Shown here: positions 8,264-16,661 of the stretch, piece by piece
Numbering within the stretch: the stretch's first letter is position 1
Layout of the letters: each line of letters opens with the position of its first letter
Virus record (IMG/VR): IMGVR_UViG_2531839454_000015
DNA: 16,661 bases
Direction: 5' to 3' (one strand)
Source of the DNA: a virus
Taxonomy: Duplodnaviria > Heunggongvirae > Uroviricota > Caudoviricetes
Translations under genes and position numbers: made by a program
The notes under the pieces: model-generated
What the model was told of the DNA's origin: nothing
Databases searched by the model: none
What the model saw: the letters and a program-made list of their open reading frames with translations, nothing else

Positions 8264-9359
8264 ACGGCTGCGTGATGAATCAATTGCTCATGCAGTCTGG
8301 ATATCCCGCTATAGCACTGGCGTGGCTGCCAGAATGGTGAAAATACTGAATGACAGCGATGCGGAACTTACTGCTCGCCTGCTGATAGCACTGGACAGCC
8401 TCGATCCAGGTAATTTTACCGTTAAGCGCCTGGAGTCACTTCTGGCGAGCGTCAGAAAGGTTAACCGCACTGCTATTAACAGCATGTTTACCAGTCTCTC
8501 CGGAGAGCTGAACGAGCTGGCAATTTATGAGGCTGGTTATCAGTTAAGTCTGTTTGATTCTATGCTACCTGATTTTGTTGCTGATGTTCACCCTCTGGTT
8601 GGTATCTCTCCTGATGCACTTTATGCCGCTGCAATGGCGCGACCATTCCAGGGACGACTGCTCAGTGAGTGGGCCTCAGATCTTGAGGCGGATCGGCTCA
8701 GACGCATAACAAATACAGTGCGTCAGGGTTTTTTGCTGGGGGATACCAATGAGCAGATCGCAAGAAAAATTCGGGGACATGTCAGTAAGGGATTTCAGGA
8801 TGGTGCATTGCAGATGAGCCGGGCTAATGCGGCCAGCATTGCAAAAACAGCGGTTGGACATCTTGCTGCTACTGCCCGTGAGAGTTTTGCCAGCGCGAAT
8901 AATGATTTGATTAAGGGTAAGCAATGGTTATCAACGCTTGATAATCGTACTACGCCACAATGTCGAATCAGGGATCGCCTCAAATATACGCTGAATAATA
9001 AACCTGTAGGTCACAGCGTGCCTTATTTGCAGGGGCCGGGAAAAATTCATTTCTGCTGCCGCTCAACGGAAACGTTCATTCTGAAATCAGCGAAGGAACT
9101 GGGTATTGATGTTCGCGATATTTCCCCGGCTGAGCGGGCCAGCATGGATGGCGTGGTGGCCGGAGATACAACCTACAGGGAATGGTTTTTGCGTCAGCCT
9201 TACACCAGACAAAAACAGATTGTGGGGGAAACCCGAGCAAAGCTGATTCGGGATGGTGGTATGTCGCCAGATGAATTTTACACCGATAAAGGCGAATGGC
9301 TGACGCTGAAGCAGCTCCGTGAGCGTGATGCACAGGTATTCAGAAAAGCAGGGATTTAA
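8244..9359 (+). CDS. Head morphogenesis / minor capsid protein (Mu F / SPP1 gp7-like, putative)
   Basis: 371 aa ORF overlapping the portal stop. Position between portal and scaffold is typical of MuF/gp7-family proteins. Assignment is by synteny and general resemblance only. Confidence 0.5.
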   Translation: MMQTVNERLRDESIAHAVWISRYSTGVAARMVKILNDSDAELTARLLIALDSLDPGNFTVKRLESLLASVRKVNRTAINSMFTSLSGELNELAIYEAGYQLSLFDSMLPDFVADVHPLVGISPDALYAAAMARPFQGRLLSEWASDLEADRLRRITNTVRQGFLLGDTNEQIARKIRGHVSKGFQDGALQMSRANAASIAKTAVGHLAATARESFASANNDLIKGKQWLSTLDNRTTPQCRIRDRLKYTLNNKPVGHSVPYLQGPGKIHFCCRSTETFILKSAKELGIDVRDISPAERASMDGVVAGDTTYREWFLRQPYTRQKQIVGETRAKLIRDGGMSPDEFYTDKGEWLTLKQLRERDAQVFRKAGI

Positions 9360-9382
9360 ATAAATCATTTATTACAACAGGC

Positions 9383-9407
9383 TACCTTCGGGTGGCCTTT
9401 TTTATTG
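9383..9407 (+). terminator. Intrinsic terminator after head morphogenesis gene
   Basis: AGGCTACC / TTCG loop / GGTGGCCT (8 bp stem, one G-U) followed by TTTTTT. It lies inside the track's N-terminal extension of ORF 9392..10228, which argues for the downstream start at 9464. Confidence 0.55.
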
Positions 9408-9463
9408 CTGCGATCCGGATGGTGAGCAGCGTAACTGTCGGAAGACTTAAACCAGGTACTAAT

Positions 9464-10228
9464 ATGAAACTGAAAACGGTCGAGATTAACGGAAAACAAT
9501 ACGCAGAAATTGATACTGCTGGCCTGCCAGTTTATGTGCACGACGATGGTAAAGAAATTGGCTTCGATGCACCGCTGGCGACAAAAAAAATTACAGAGCT
9601 TAATGGCGAGGCAAAAAATCATCGCCTGGCTAAAGAAGCTGCAGAGGAAAAACTGGCTAAGTTTGCCGCTATCGAAGACCCGAAGAAGGCGATCGAGGCA
9701 CTGGAAATGCTGTCAAAAATCGACCAGAAAAAGCTGCTCGATGCGGGACAGGTTGACCAGGTTAAGGCAGAAATTACGAAAAATTTTCAGCAGCAATTAG
9801 ATGAAGAAAAGCAACGCTCTCAGATGCTGGAGAAGCAGCTTTACGATTCTATGATTGGCGGTAGTTTTGCGGGTTCAAAATATATTGCCGATAAAATTGC
9901 GATCCCGGCAGATTTATTACAAGCCCGCTTCGGGCAGGCATTCAAAGTGGAAGAAGGGAGGATCGTTGCTTATGACGCTTCCGGCAACAAAATTTATTCC
10001 CGCGCGAAGCCTGGCGAACTGGCGCAGTTTGATGAGGCGCTGGAGTTCCTTGTCGAAAATTACCCTCAGAAAGACTACATCCTGAAAGCCAGTGGCAACA
10101 ATGGCGGCGGCTCCCGTCCGACACAGCATGATATTGGTCAGAAAACGATGAAACGCTCTGCTTTTGATGCACTGGATGTTGCAGGTAAGCAAAACGCATT
10201 GAAAGACGGTATCACAATCGTTGATTAA
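9464..10228 (+). CDS. Scaffolding protein (putative)
   Basis: ATG 9464 gives MKLKTVEINGKQYAEID.... 254 aa, charged and predicted helical/coiled-coil (EEKLAKFAAIEDPKKAIEALEMLSKIDQKK...), immediately upstream of the major capsid gene. Confidence 0.5.
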   Translation: MKLKTVEINGKQYAEIDTAGLPVYVHDDGKEIGFDAPLATKKITELNGEAKNHRLAKEAAEEKLAKFAAIEDPKKAIEALEMLSKIDQKKLLDAGQVDQVKAEITKNFQQQLDEEKQRSQMLEKQLYDSMIGGSFAGSKYIADKIAIPADLLQARFGQAFKVEEGRIVAYDASGNKIYSRAKPGELAQFDEALEFLVENYPQKDYILKASGNNGGGSRPTQHDIGQKTMKRSAFDALDVAGKQNALKDGITIVD

Positions 10229-10326
10229 CACATTTGTCAGCTTCCGGATGGGAGCTGGTGTCAGGGCTGGATAGCTCATTACTCCATCTATTCACAATTA
10301 CGCAAATTTTTAAGGAATATTTAATT

Positions 10327-11466
10327 ATGGCTGGAAATACCCTGACCGGGTTGATCCCGACTATTTATACCGCCCTGGATGTTGTATCCCGTGAGCAGGT
10401 AGGTTTTATCCCTGCGGTAGCAAAAAACGCAAAAGCTGACGCCGCAGCAAAAGATCAGACGGTAACCGCGCCAGTTGCGCCTGAGGCGAAAACCGAAGAT
10501 ATCGTACCGGGGCCGTCAGCTCCGAATACCGGTGATCAAAATATTGGCACTGTTGATGTAAAAATTACTAAATCCAAAATGGCACCGGTTAAATGGAATG
10601 GTGAAGAACAACTGGCTCTTGGCCCTTCAGGGACTTACAACACCATTCTGGCTGATCAGTTCAAGCAGGCTTTTCGCGCCCTTGCAAACGAGGTTGAGGC
10701 TGATCTTGGTGCGTTGTATTTCGGTGCTTCCCGCGCCGTGGGAACCGCAGGGACAACGCCGTTTGGTGTTAAAGATGATCTTTCTGATGCTGCTCTGGCT
10801 CGTCAGGTTCTGGAGGATAACGGCGCACCGACAACCGATCTGCAGATGGTGCTTGGCTCCACTGCCATTGCTAATTTGCGCGGAAAACAGTCTGTATTGT
10901 TTAAAGTGAATGAATCCGGCACTGAACAGCTACTGCGTGAGGGCGTGTTGGGGCGTCTGGAGGGATTCAATATTCACAGTTCGGCAGGTGTGAAACGAGC
11001 GCCAAAGGTTGCTGCAACTGGTTATCTCGTGAATGGAGAGAAAAAAGAAGGCGATGTTCTTATTTCCATTGATACTGGTTCGGGGAGTATTTCTGCAGGT
11101 CAGATTGTTACGTTCGCTGGTGATCCGAATCAGTATGTTGTGGCAGCAGCGACCAGCAATCTGATTACTCTTGCAGCGCCCGGACTGCGTCAGGATCTGG
11201 CCGATGATACTGCCATCACAGTTGTTGGGGCCTTTACGGCAAATATGGCGTTTGATCGCAACGCGTTTCTGCTGGCATCCCGTACTCCGGCAATGCCGGA
11301 AGGTGGCGATAATGCTGATGATGTAATGAATGTTACGGACCCGATTTCAGGGATTACGTTCCAGATTGCACTGTATCGTCAGTATCGCCAGGTGCGCTAT
11401 GAAGTTGGACTGGCATGGGGTGTTTCATCAGTGAAGCCGGCACATGGTTGTCTGATTCTTGGTTAA
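10327..11466 (+). CDS. Major capsid protein (putative)
   Basis: ATG 10327 is preceded by AAGGAA and gives MAGNTLTGLIPTIYTAL.... About 379 aa, following the scaffold and followed by a strong terminator, which fits a highly expressed coat gene. The track start at 10234 is an unlikely N-terminal extension. Confidence 0.6.
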   Translation: MAGNTLTGLIPTIYTALDVVSREQVGFIPAVAKNAKADAAAKDQTVTAPVAPEAKTEDIVPGPSAPNTGDQNIGTVDVKITKSKMAPVKWNGEEQLALGPSGTYNTILADQFKQAFRALANEVEADLGALYFGASRAVGTAGTTPFGVKDDLSDAALARQVLEDNGAPTTDLQMVLGSTAIANLRGKQSVLFKVNESGTEQLLREGVLGRLEGFNIHSSAGVKRAPKVAATGYLVNGEKKEGDVLISIDTGSGSISAGQIVTFAGDPNQYVVAAATSNLITLAAPGLRQDLADDTAITVVGAFTANMAFDRNAFLLASRTPAMPEGGDNADDVMNVTDPISGITFQIALYRQYRQVRYEVGLAWGVSSVKPAHGCLILG

Positions 11467-11476
11467 ACATTCAAAC

Positions 11477-11497
11477 GGGGCTTCGGCCCCATTTTTA
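11477..11497 (+). terminator. Intrinsic terminator after major capsid gene
   Basis: GGGGC / TTCG / GCCCC hairpin followed by ATTTTTAAT. Confidence 0.55.
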
Positions 11498-11508
11498 ATG
11501 GGGGGCAT

Positions 11509-11685
11509 ATGGCCGGATTAACTAAAGAGCAAAGAGCACAGCGTGAAGCCGCACAAAAAACGCAAATTGAGTTAGTGGTTATGGTGACCGATTATCAGAT
11601 GTTTCCCGGCGCACCAACTATCGCTAATGTTCATCCTGATGAAGTTGACAACTGGAAGGCTATGGGCTGGAAAACTCAGGAGTAA
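11509..11685 (+). CDS. Small hypothetical protein (58 aa), not in ORF track
   Basis: ATG 11509 after a GGGGG run; MAGLTKEQRAQREAAQKTQIELVVMVTDYQMFPGAPTIANVHPDEVDNWKAMGWKTQE. It fills the gap between the capsid terminator and the next gene and ends 3 nt before that gene's ATG. Confidence 0.3.
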   Translation: MAGLTKEQRAQREAAQKTQIELVVMVTDYQMFPGAPTIANVHPDEVDNWKAMGWKTQE

Positions 11686-11688
11686 CAC

Positions 11689-12084
11689 ATGATCACTTAC
11701 GTGACCTGTGATGACGTTGATAATGCGTTTGGGAACGCCTGGACGAGTGAGAACGCTAAAAATAAAGCTGTTTTAATGGCTAATGCCTGGCTTAATGGCT
11801 TCAACCTGAAAATTAACCCATCCCGTATTCCGGAAGAGGTAAAACTTGCGGGAGCATATGCAGCCAGAATTGCCTCATTCGGTAAGTTGTTTCAGCAGAA
11901 AAATGATTCTGGCGTTGTTATCAGTAAAGCCGTGTCGGCTGACGGGGTCAGTGTATCGAAATCATTTTCTGAGTTGCCAGCAAACAGCACTGCATTGCTT
12001 GAACCCGATTTACAGCTTGCGATAGCACTGCTGAAACCGTACGGACTTAGTCGCTCACAAGTCAGGGTTGTGAGGGGGGGATAA
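11689..12084 (+). CDS. Head-tail connector / head completion protein (putative)
   Basis: 131 aa ORF with RBS AGGAG 6 nt upstream. First of four small tightly coupled genes between capsid and major tail genes. Called by synteny. Confidence 0.4.
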   Translation: MITYVTCDDVDNAFGNAWTSENAKNKAVLMANAWLNGFNLKINPSRIPEEVKLAGAYAARIASFGKLFQQKNDSGVVISKAVSADGVSVSKSFSELPANSTALLEPDLQLAIALLKPYGLSRSQVRVVRGG

Positions 12085-12467
12085 TGGGGCTTCGTGAAGA
12101 GATTCAGTCAGAGGTTGCCGCTGCTTTTGATGAGGATTTAGCGGACGCCGTGAGTGATTTTTCTGGTTCTTACGTTACGCACCGGCACTGGGATCCTGTG
12201 ACGGAAACTGGCGGCGAATCCACCGCAATCTATACCGGGCGAGGCGTGTTGACACGTTATAAGCTGGGCAGAATTGATGGGATTAATATTTTGCATGGTG
12301 ACCTTAAATTAACCGCTCTGGTATGCGAGGTTACGGATAAACCAGCTGTCGACCATATTATTGAGATTTATGATCCTGTATCAAGGCAGTTACAACGATA
12401 CGAGGTAATTACAGCAAGTGTAGATCCTTCCGCATCAGTTTACTCTATCCAGTTAAGGAGAGCGTAA
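12084..12467 (+). CDS. Head-tail joining protein (putative)
   Basis: 127 aa ORF whose ATG overlaps the upstream stop (TAATG) and is preceded by GAGGGGGGG. Called by synteny. Confidence 0.35.
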   Translation: MGLREEIQSEVAAAFDEDLADAVSDFSGSYVTHRHWDPVTETGGESTAIYTGRGVLTRYKLGRIDGINILHGDLKLTALVCEVTDKPAVDHIIEIYDPVSRQLQRYEVITASVDPSASVYSIQLRRA

Positions 12468-12848
12468 ATGGCAAAGGCATGGGATATAGAACCGTCAATA
12501 TTTGCCGGGATGATTGAGGAAGATGTAGGGCTGAAGATTCGCTACATCGCTATTCAGATTCTTACTGCTATTGATATTGCTGCTCCGGTTGATACCGGAC
12601 GTTTCAGAAATAACAACCTGGTGTCGTTACAGCATCCCGATTTTGGTATATCTGATAACGTGGATCCGAACGGTACGATTGCTGTTCAGCGTGGGATCGG
12701 GGTTATTTCGAAAGCTGCAAATTACGGAGTTATTTATATCCAGAATAACCTTCCTTATGCAGAGGCTCTTGAAAACGGTCATTCACAACAAGCGCCAACT
12801 GGCGTGTATGCCAACGCTTTTCATGGTGTTTTACAGGCTTACAAATGA
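12468..12848 (+). CDS. Neck/tail-completion protein (HK97 gp10-like, putative)
   Basis: 126 aa ORF with RBS AGGAG. Contains an APVDTGRFRNN motif reminiscent of HK97 gp10-family proteins. Called by synteny. Confidence 0.4.
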   Translation: MAKAWDIEPSIFAGMIEEDVGLKIRYIAIQILTAIDIAAPVDTGRFRNNNLVSLQHPDFGISDNVDPNGTIAVQRGIGVISKAANYGVIYIQNNLPYAEALENGHSQQAPTGVYANAFHGVLQAYK

Positions 12849-13237
12849 CGTTTACTGAAATCAGAAATACGGTTATTTCCAGAATGACGGCACAGACGAT
12901 TATTGATGGAAAAGACGTATTGTATCCGAACGCGCCAACGTTCGATCCTTCCGGTAAGTTAATCTGGGCGCGGTTAAGTAATATTCCCGGGCAGGCTGGA
13001 GTTAATGAAATTGGCGCGGGGCCGATTGTTTATCGCACGGGGATAATCATTATTCAGTTATTTGTCCCCGCAGGTTCTGGTTCAAAACTCATTACTGAGA
13101 CAGCCGATAAATTGCGGGAACTGTTTGAGTTTCAGGATGACGATCGTCTCAGTTACCAGGCTGTTTCCTCAATAGCCGTTGGCGAAAAGAATGGCTGGTT
13201 CCAGCTTAATCTTCAAATTCCATATCGCGCGCTCTAG
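12845..13237 (+). CDS. Tail terminator / tail completion protein (putative)
   Basis: 130 aa ORF with ATGA start/stop overlap with the upstream gene, immediately before the major tail gene. Confidence 0.35.
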   Translation: MTFTEIRNTVISRMTAQTIIDGKDVLYPNAPTFDPSGKLIWARLSNIPGQAGVNEIGAGPIVYRTGIIIIQLFVPAGSGSKLITETADKLRELFEFQDDDRLSYQAVSSIAVGEKNGWFQLNLQIPYRAL

Positions 13238-13263
13238 CGCAATTAATGACATAGGAGGCTCCT

Positions 13264-14226
13264 GTGAGTTCAGGTGCAAAGGTTATCTCGGCATTTATCC
13301 GGGAGACGGTTGCAGGCACTACGCCAGCAAGTGGTGACTGGAGTTTATTAAAACGCACAAGCTGGGGAGTAAAACCCACCCAGAATAAAGGCGAAAATAA
13401 TGAGATTGGTGGCTCCCGGATGGCTCAGGGGGCGACGCCTGGCACTGTGGATGTCGGCGGTGATGTTGGTACCAAATTTCGCTGGGGTCAACATGATGAT
13501 TTTCTTGCATCCTGTTTCGGCGCGGAATGGTCAGGCGATTCTCTGACAATGGGGAATGAGCGAATAACATTTTCTCTGGCGACCTATGCGTCCGATGTCG
13601 GAATTGCCTCTGTCGTCAGAGGAGCGCAGGTTGGCTCATGGAAAATGCAGATCCCTAACGACGGCGATATTACAGCGACCGTAACCTTTGCCGGACTGGA
13701 CTGGGAATCAAAGGCCGATGATACGAATTTTATCAAAGGCGAACCTGTGGATAGTGCAGGAAAGCTACGTTATTCGTTTAAGGAGGTTTCAGCAGTAAGC
13801 CTGAATGGTGTTGCCGGAGGTAACGGTTTTTGTATCGACAGTTTTGATATTCAGTTCGATAACAAACTCCAGACACAGCGTTGTATCGGGACTGGCTCGC
13901 CTTATGCAGGAGCAAATATTCCGACTACTTTTACACCGTCCGGTACGGTGACGCTTTCATGGTCTAAAGCCGCGTGGGAAATCTGGAGTAAAACACTGAC
14001 TGGAGAAACAGTTCCGTTCAGCTTCACGCTTTCGAATGGAGAGGGGGCATACACTTTCAGTTTCCCGAAGGTTCAGGTGTCAGGTGAATGGCCTGATGGG
14101 GGTAATAGCGACATTATCCAGGTTCAATTGAGCATTACCGCAGCAGATGAAGCACCTACGATAACCAGAAAAAAAAATTCCCCGGCTGCCGTGATCGCAA
14201 AAGCCAGTGCTGAGGCGATTAGTTGA
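13264..14226 (+). CDS. Major tail (tube) protein (putative)
   Basis: GTG start preceded by AGGAGG. 320 aa, Gly/Thr/Ser-rich, located just upstream of the chaperone pair and tape measure gene. Confidence 0.5.
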   Translation: MSSGAKVISAFIRETVAGTTPASGDWSLLKRTSWGVKPTQNKGENNEIGGSRMAQGATPGTVDVGGDVGTKFRWGQHDDFLASCFGAEWSGDSLTMGNERITFSLATYASDVGIASVVRGAQVGSWKMQIPNDGDITATVTFAGLDWESKADDTNFIKGEPVDSAGKLRYSFKEVSAVSLNGVAGGNGFCIDSFDIQFDNKLQTQRCIGTGSPYAGANIPTTFTPSGTVTLSWSKAAWEIWSKTLTGETVPFSFTLSNGEGAYTFSFPKVQVSGEWPDGGNSDIIQVQLSITAADEAPTITRKKNSPAAVIAKASAEAIS

Positions 14227-14432
14227 TTTTCCGTTATTCCTCCTGTGGTACTGCCCTACAGGGGGACGCATTGAATGAGGTTATGGATGTTTATTCTTAA
14301 TCAGAAAATTATCATTGGTGGAGAACGCTGGTTTACGCCAATGAAGGACTTAAAACCTGTAGACGGGTTAAAAGCAGCGATAACGATCAGTATCGCTCCC
14401 GTAATGCATTAATCCGTCGCCACATTGAGAAA

Positions 14433-14723
14433 ATGGATGCCAGTTTGCACGTCGGAACGAAGGAGTTTGATATTTCAAAGGTTTCCGAGGTGGATTCTGT
14501 TGATGATTTACTCATTGATAATGCCGCTCGTTATCTGCTGAAAGACTGGAAAGGGGTTGGTGAACTGGTTAATGGTGTTGAGGTTGCACTGGAATATACG
14601 GCAGAACGAGGGATCGCGCTGCTTAAGCAGAATCCAGAGTTGTACTGGCAGATCCTTGCAGAAGCAGCCAGCATCGCCCAGGGTAAAGAGCAGCAGAAGC
14701 AGGATACGATAAAAAAGCCATAG
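14433..14723 (+). CDS. Tail assembly chaperone (lambda G-like)
   Basis: 96 aa acidic protein ending ...QDTIKKP with the slippery heptamer A_AAA_AAG at its 3' end, directly upstream of the tape measure gene. Confidence 0.5.
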   Translation: MDASLHVGTKEFDISKVSEVDSVDDLLIDNAARYLLKDWKGVGELVNGVEVALEYTAERGIALLKQNPELYWQILAEAASIAQGKEQQKQDTIKKP

Positions 14724-15031
14724 CTGCCCAGCGGTGGTTATCGGAGTTCGGGGGAGAAAGGGGGGAAAAGGCAAGATGGAAGCGAGAAAAACTCAGGTTG
14801 CCACCGATACCGGAACCAGAAATAGACCCGGTGCTTAAGGAGTTGTTGTACGCCTATTCGGTAATATCCCGTGCCCGACGTTATGCTGGAATGGCTGGGG
14901 TGCCTTTGCCTTTATCTCTGACAGAGATAAATGAATATTTAGCCACTCATCCGGTATTGATTGAGCGCGATGAATTTGAAGCAGTGATCTTTGCACTGGA
15001 TGACCAGTATTTTCAGGAGCAGTGTGTGTAG
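14433..15031 (+). CDS. Tail assembly chaperone GT-like frameshift fusion product (predicted)
   Basis: A -1 shift at 14711-14717 would join the G-like ORF to the downstream open frame (...AIAAQRWLSEFGGERGEKARWKREKLRLPPIPEPEIDPV... to 15031), about 200 aa. This is the conserved G/GT arrangement of long-tailed phages. Confidence 0.45.
14711..14717 (+). other. Programmed -1 ribosomal frameshift slippery heptamer A_AAA_AAG
   Basis: In the zero frame of the G-like gene the codons are A AAA AAG at 14711-14717. The -1 frame is open from 14717 to the stop at 15029-15031. Confidence 0.5.
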
Positions 15032-15151
15032 TTGTTAATTACGTACACTCTGTTACAGAGATGTGATGGTGTCTTTAATTAAATCGATGATGCTCCTGGA
15101 GAAAAGCATTGCGTGGCCTCGTAATCGCTATATCTACTATTATGTCGCCTG

Positions 15152-15176
15152 AAACCCACTTCGCGGTGGGTTTTTT
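15152..15176 (+). terminator. Intrinsic terminator immediately upstream of tape measure gene
   Basis: AAACCCAC / TTCGCG / GTGGGTTT followed by TTTTTTGTTG. RBS CAGGAG and ATG 15197 follow. Confidence 0.6.
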
Positions 15177-15196
15177 GTTGTCAGGAGTTTTAATAA

Positions 15197-16373
15197 ATGG
15201 CAGAGCAAACCTCGCGTCTCGCAATAATTATTGATAGCACTGGAGCGAAAAATAATGCTGACAATCTGACCTCCTCATTAGTCAAAATGACGCAGGCTGG
15301 GGAAACTGCTGCAAATAGCGCAGGGAAAGTGACTAAGGCAACAGAAGATGAGAAGAACGCGCTCGCAAAATTAAAAGCAGCTATTGATCCAGTTGGTGCC
15401 GCAATTGATACTGTCGGTCGACGCTATTCTGAATTAAAGAAATTTTTCGATAAAGGGCTTATTGATAAAGAAGAATATGAATTTCTTGTCCGTAAACTTA
15501 ATGAAACCACAGAGGAATTGAGCGGGGTTGCGCAAGCGCAGAGAGAAGTCGAGAAGGCCGGAAAACTTGCTGCCGCCCAGCAGGAAGCGCAGGCTCAGGC
15601 CTTTCAAAGAATGCTGGACAAGATCGACCCTCTGGCTGCGGCGCTAAGAAATCTTGAACAACAGCATGATGAACTTAATGCTGCGTTTGCATCCGGGAAA
15701 ATAAATGGTTCTCAGTTTGAGAATTATAGCCGAAAAATACAGGAAACACGGCGAGAGCTTACCGGAGAGGCTCAGGCAGAGCGAGAAGCAGCAAAAGCGC
15801 ATGATGAACAGGTTGTTGCTTTGCAACGTCTGATTGCTCAACTTGATCCTGTCGGAACTGCTTTTAATCGTCTGGTAGAACAACAGAAACAGCTCAATGA
15901 AGCAAAAGCTAAGGGGATGCTTTCTCCTGAAATGTATGAGGAGCTTTCTGGAAAACTTCGTGCTATGCGGAGTGAGCTTGAGGTTACTCAATCACAATTA
16001 AGCAAAACCGGAATGTCGGCAAAACAAACGGCTTTTGCTATGCGCATGTTGCCTGCACAAATGACGGATATTGTTGTTGGGTTGTCCACTGGTCAGTCGC
16101 CATTTATGGTGTTAATGCAGCAGGGCGGCCAGCTAAAAGATATGTTCGGTGGGATTGGCCCGGCGATCAAAGGGGTAGGTTCTTATGTGCTGGGATTAAT
16201 TAATCCTTTTACCCTGGCCGCAGCAGCCGTTGGGGTCTTAGGACTGGCTTACTATAAAGGCTCTCAGGAGCAGGACGAATTTAATAAATCTCTTATTCTT
16301 ACCGGAAATCAGTTGGGGACAACCAGCGGGCAATTGGGCGATTTAGCTCAACGTGCCGGGAATGCGGCTGATT
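15197..16373 (+). pseudogene. Tail tape measure protein (lambda H-like), interrupted by IS insertion after about codon 392
   Basis: N-terminal coiled-coil repeats and the conserved [35 protein letters not shown] motif are like lambda gpH. The native reading frame ends at the IS terminus at 16374; the track ORF then continues into IS-derived sequence to 16528. Confidence 0.7.

Positions 16374-16661
<288 letters not shown>

Noticed and set aside
9392-9463. N-terminal extension of the scaffold ORF (track start 9392); similar extensions at MCP 10234, GT-A-like 3337 and trkG 958
   Set aside because: The extensions start at non-ATG or poorly supported codons and include terminator or intergenic sequence. 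Downstream ATGs with RBS-like sequence (9464, 10327, 3355, 976) give more plausible starts.
10238-10257. Hairpin CAGCTTCC/GGAT/GGGAGCTG after the scaffold gene, considered as a terminator
   Set aside because: No U-tract follows the stem, so it is not a canonical intrinsic terminator; it may be an mRNA stability or processing element at most.
14235-14265. Weak inverted repeat (CCTGT ... ACAGG) after the major tail gene, considered as a terminator
   Set aside because: Short stem, 11 nt loop and no following T-tract.
14275-14412. 45-codon ORF in the gap between the major tail gene and the G-like chaperone
   Set aside because: No RBS, no coupling, and a hydrophobic low-complexity start; cannot be separated from a chance ORF without comparative data.
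15066-15152. 28-codon ORF ending at the terminator upstream of the tape measure gene
   Set aside because: Too short and unsupported; only mentioned in the terminator finding.

Overview
This window is a + strand late-gene segment of a lambdoid (Rac-like) enterobacterial prophage, ending in an insertion sequence. All calls rest on reading the sequence and ORF track by eye; no searches were run. Order: the 3' end of a GH24 endolysin, Rz/Rz1 spanins (Rz1 embedded in the +1 frame), an AT-rich moron encoding the K+ transporter TrkG with its own terminator, then a two-gene ParB/Srx-like plus GT-A-glycosyltransferase-like module and a small HTH-like ORF. These are followed by terminase small and large subunits, portal, MuF/gp7-like head morphogenesis protein, scaffold, major capsid protein, four small neck genes, major tail protein, G/GT tail chaperones with an A_AAA_AAG -1 frameshift site, and a lambda-H-like tape measure gene. 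The tape measure gene is cut at about codon 392 by an IS3-family element on the minus strand that runs off the window end. Three intrinsic terminators with TTCG-type loops punctuate the late operon. The most promising candidate for an undescribed system is the overlapping ParB-like/GT-A-like pair, which I propose, as an untested hypothesis, to be a late-expressed DNA- or packaging-associated glycosyl-modification module. No rRNA, tRNA or CRISPR array was seen.
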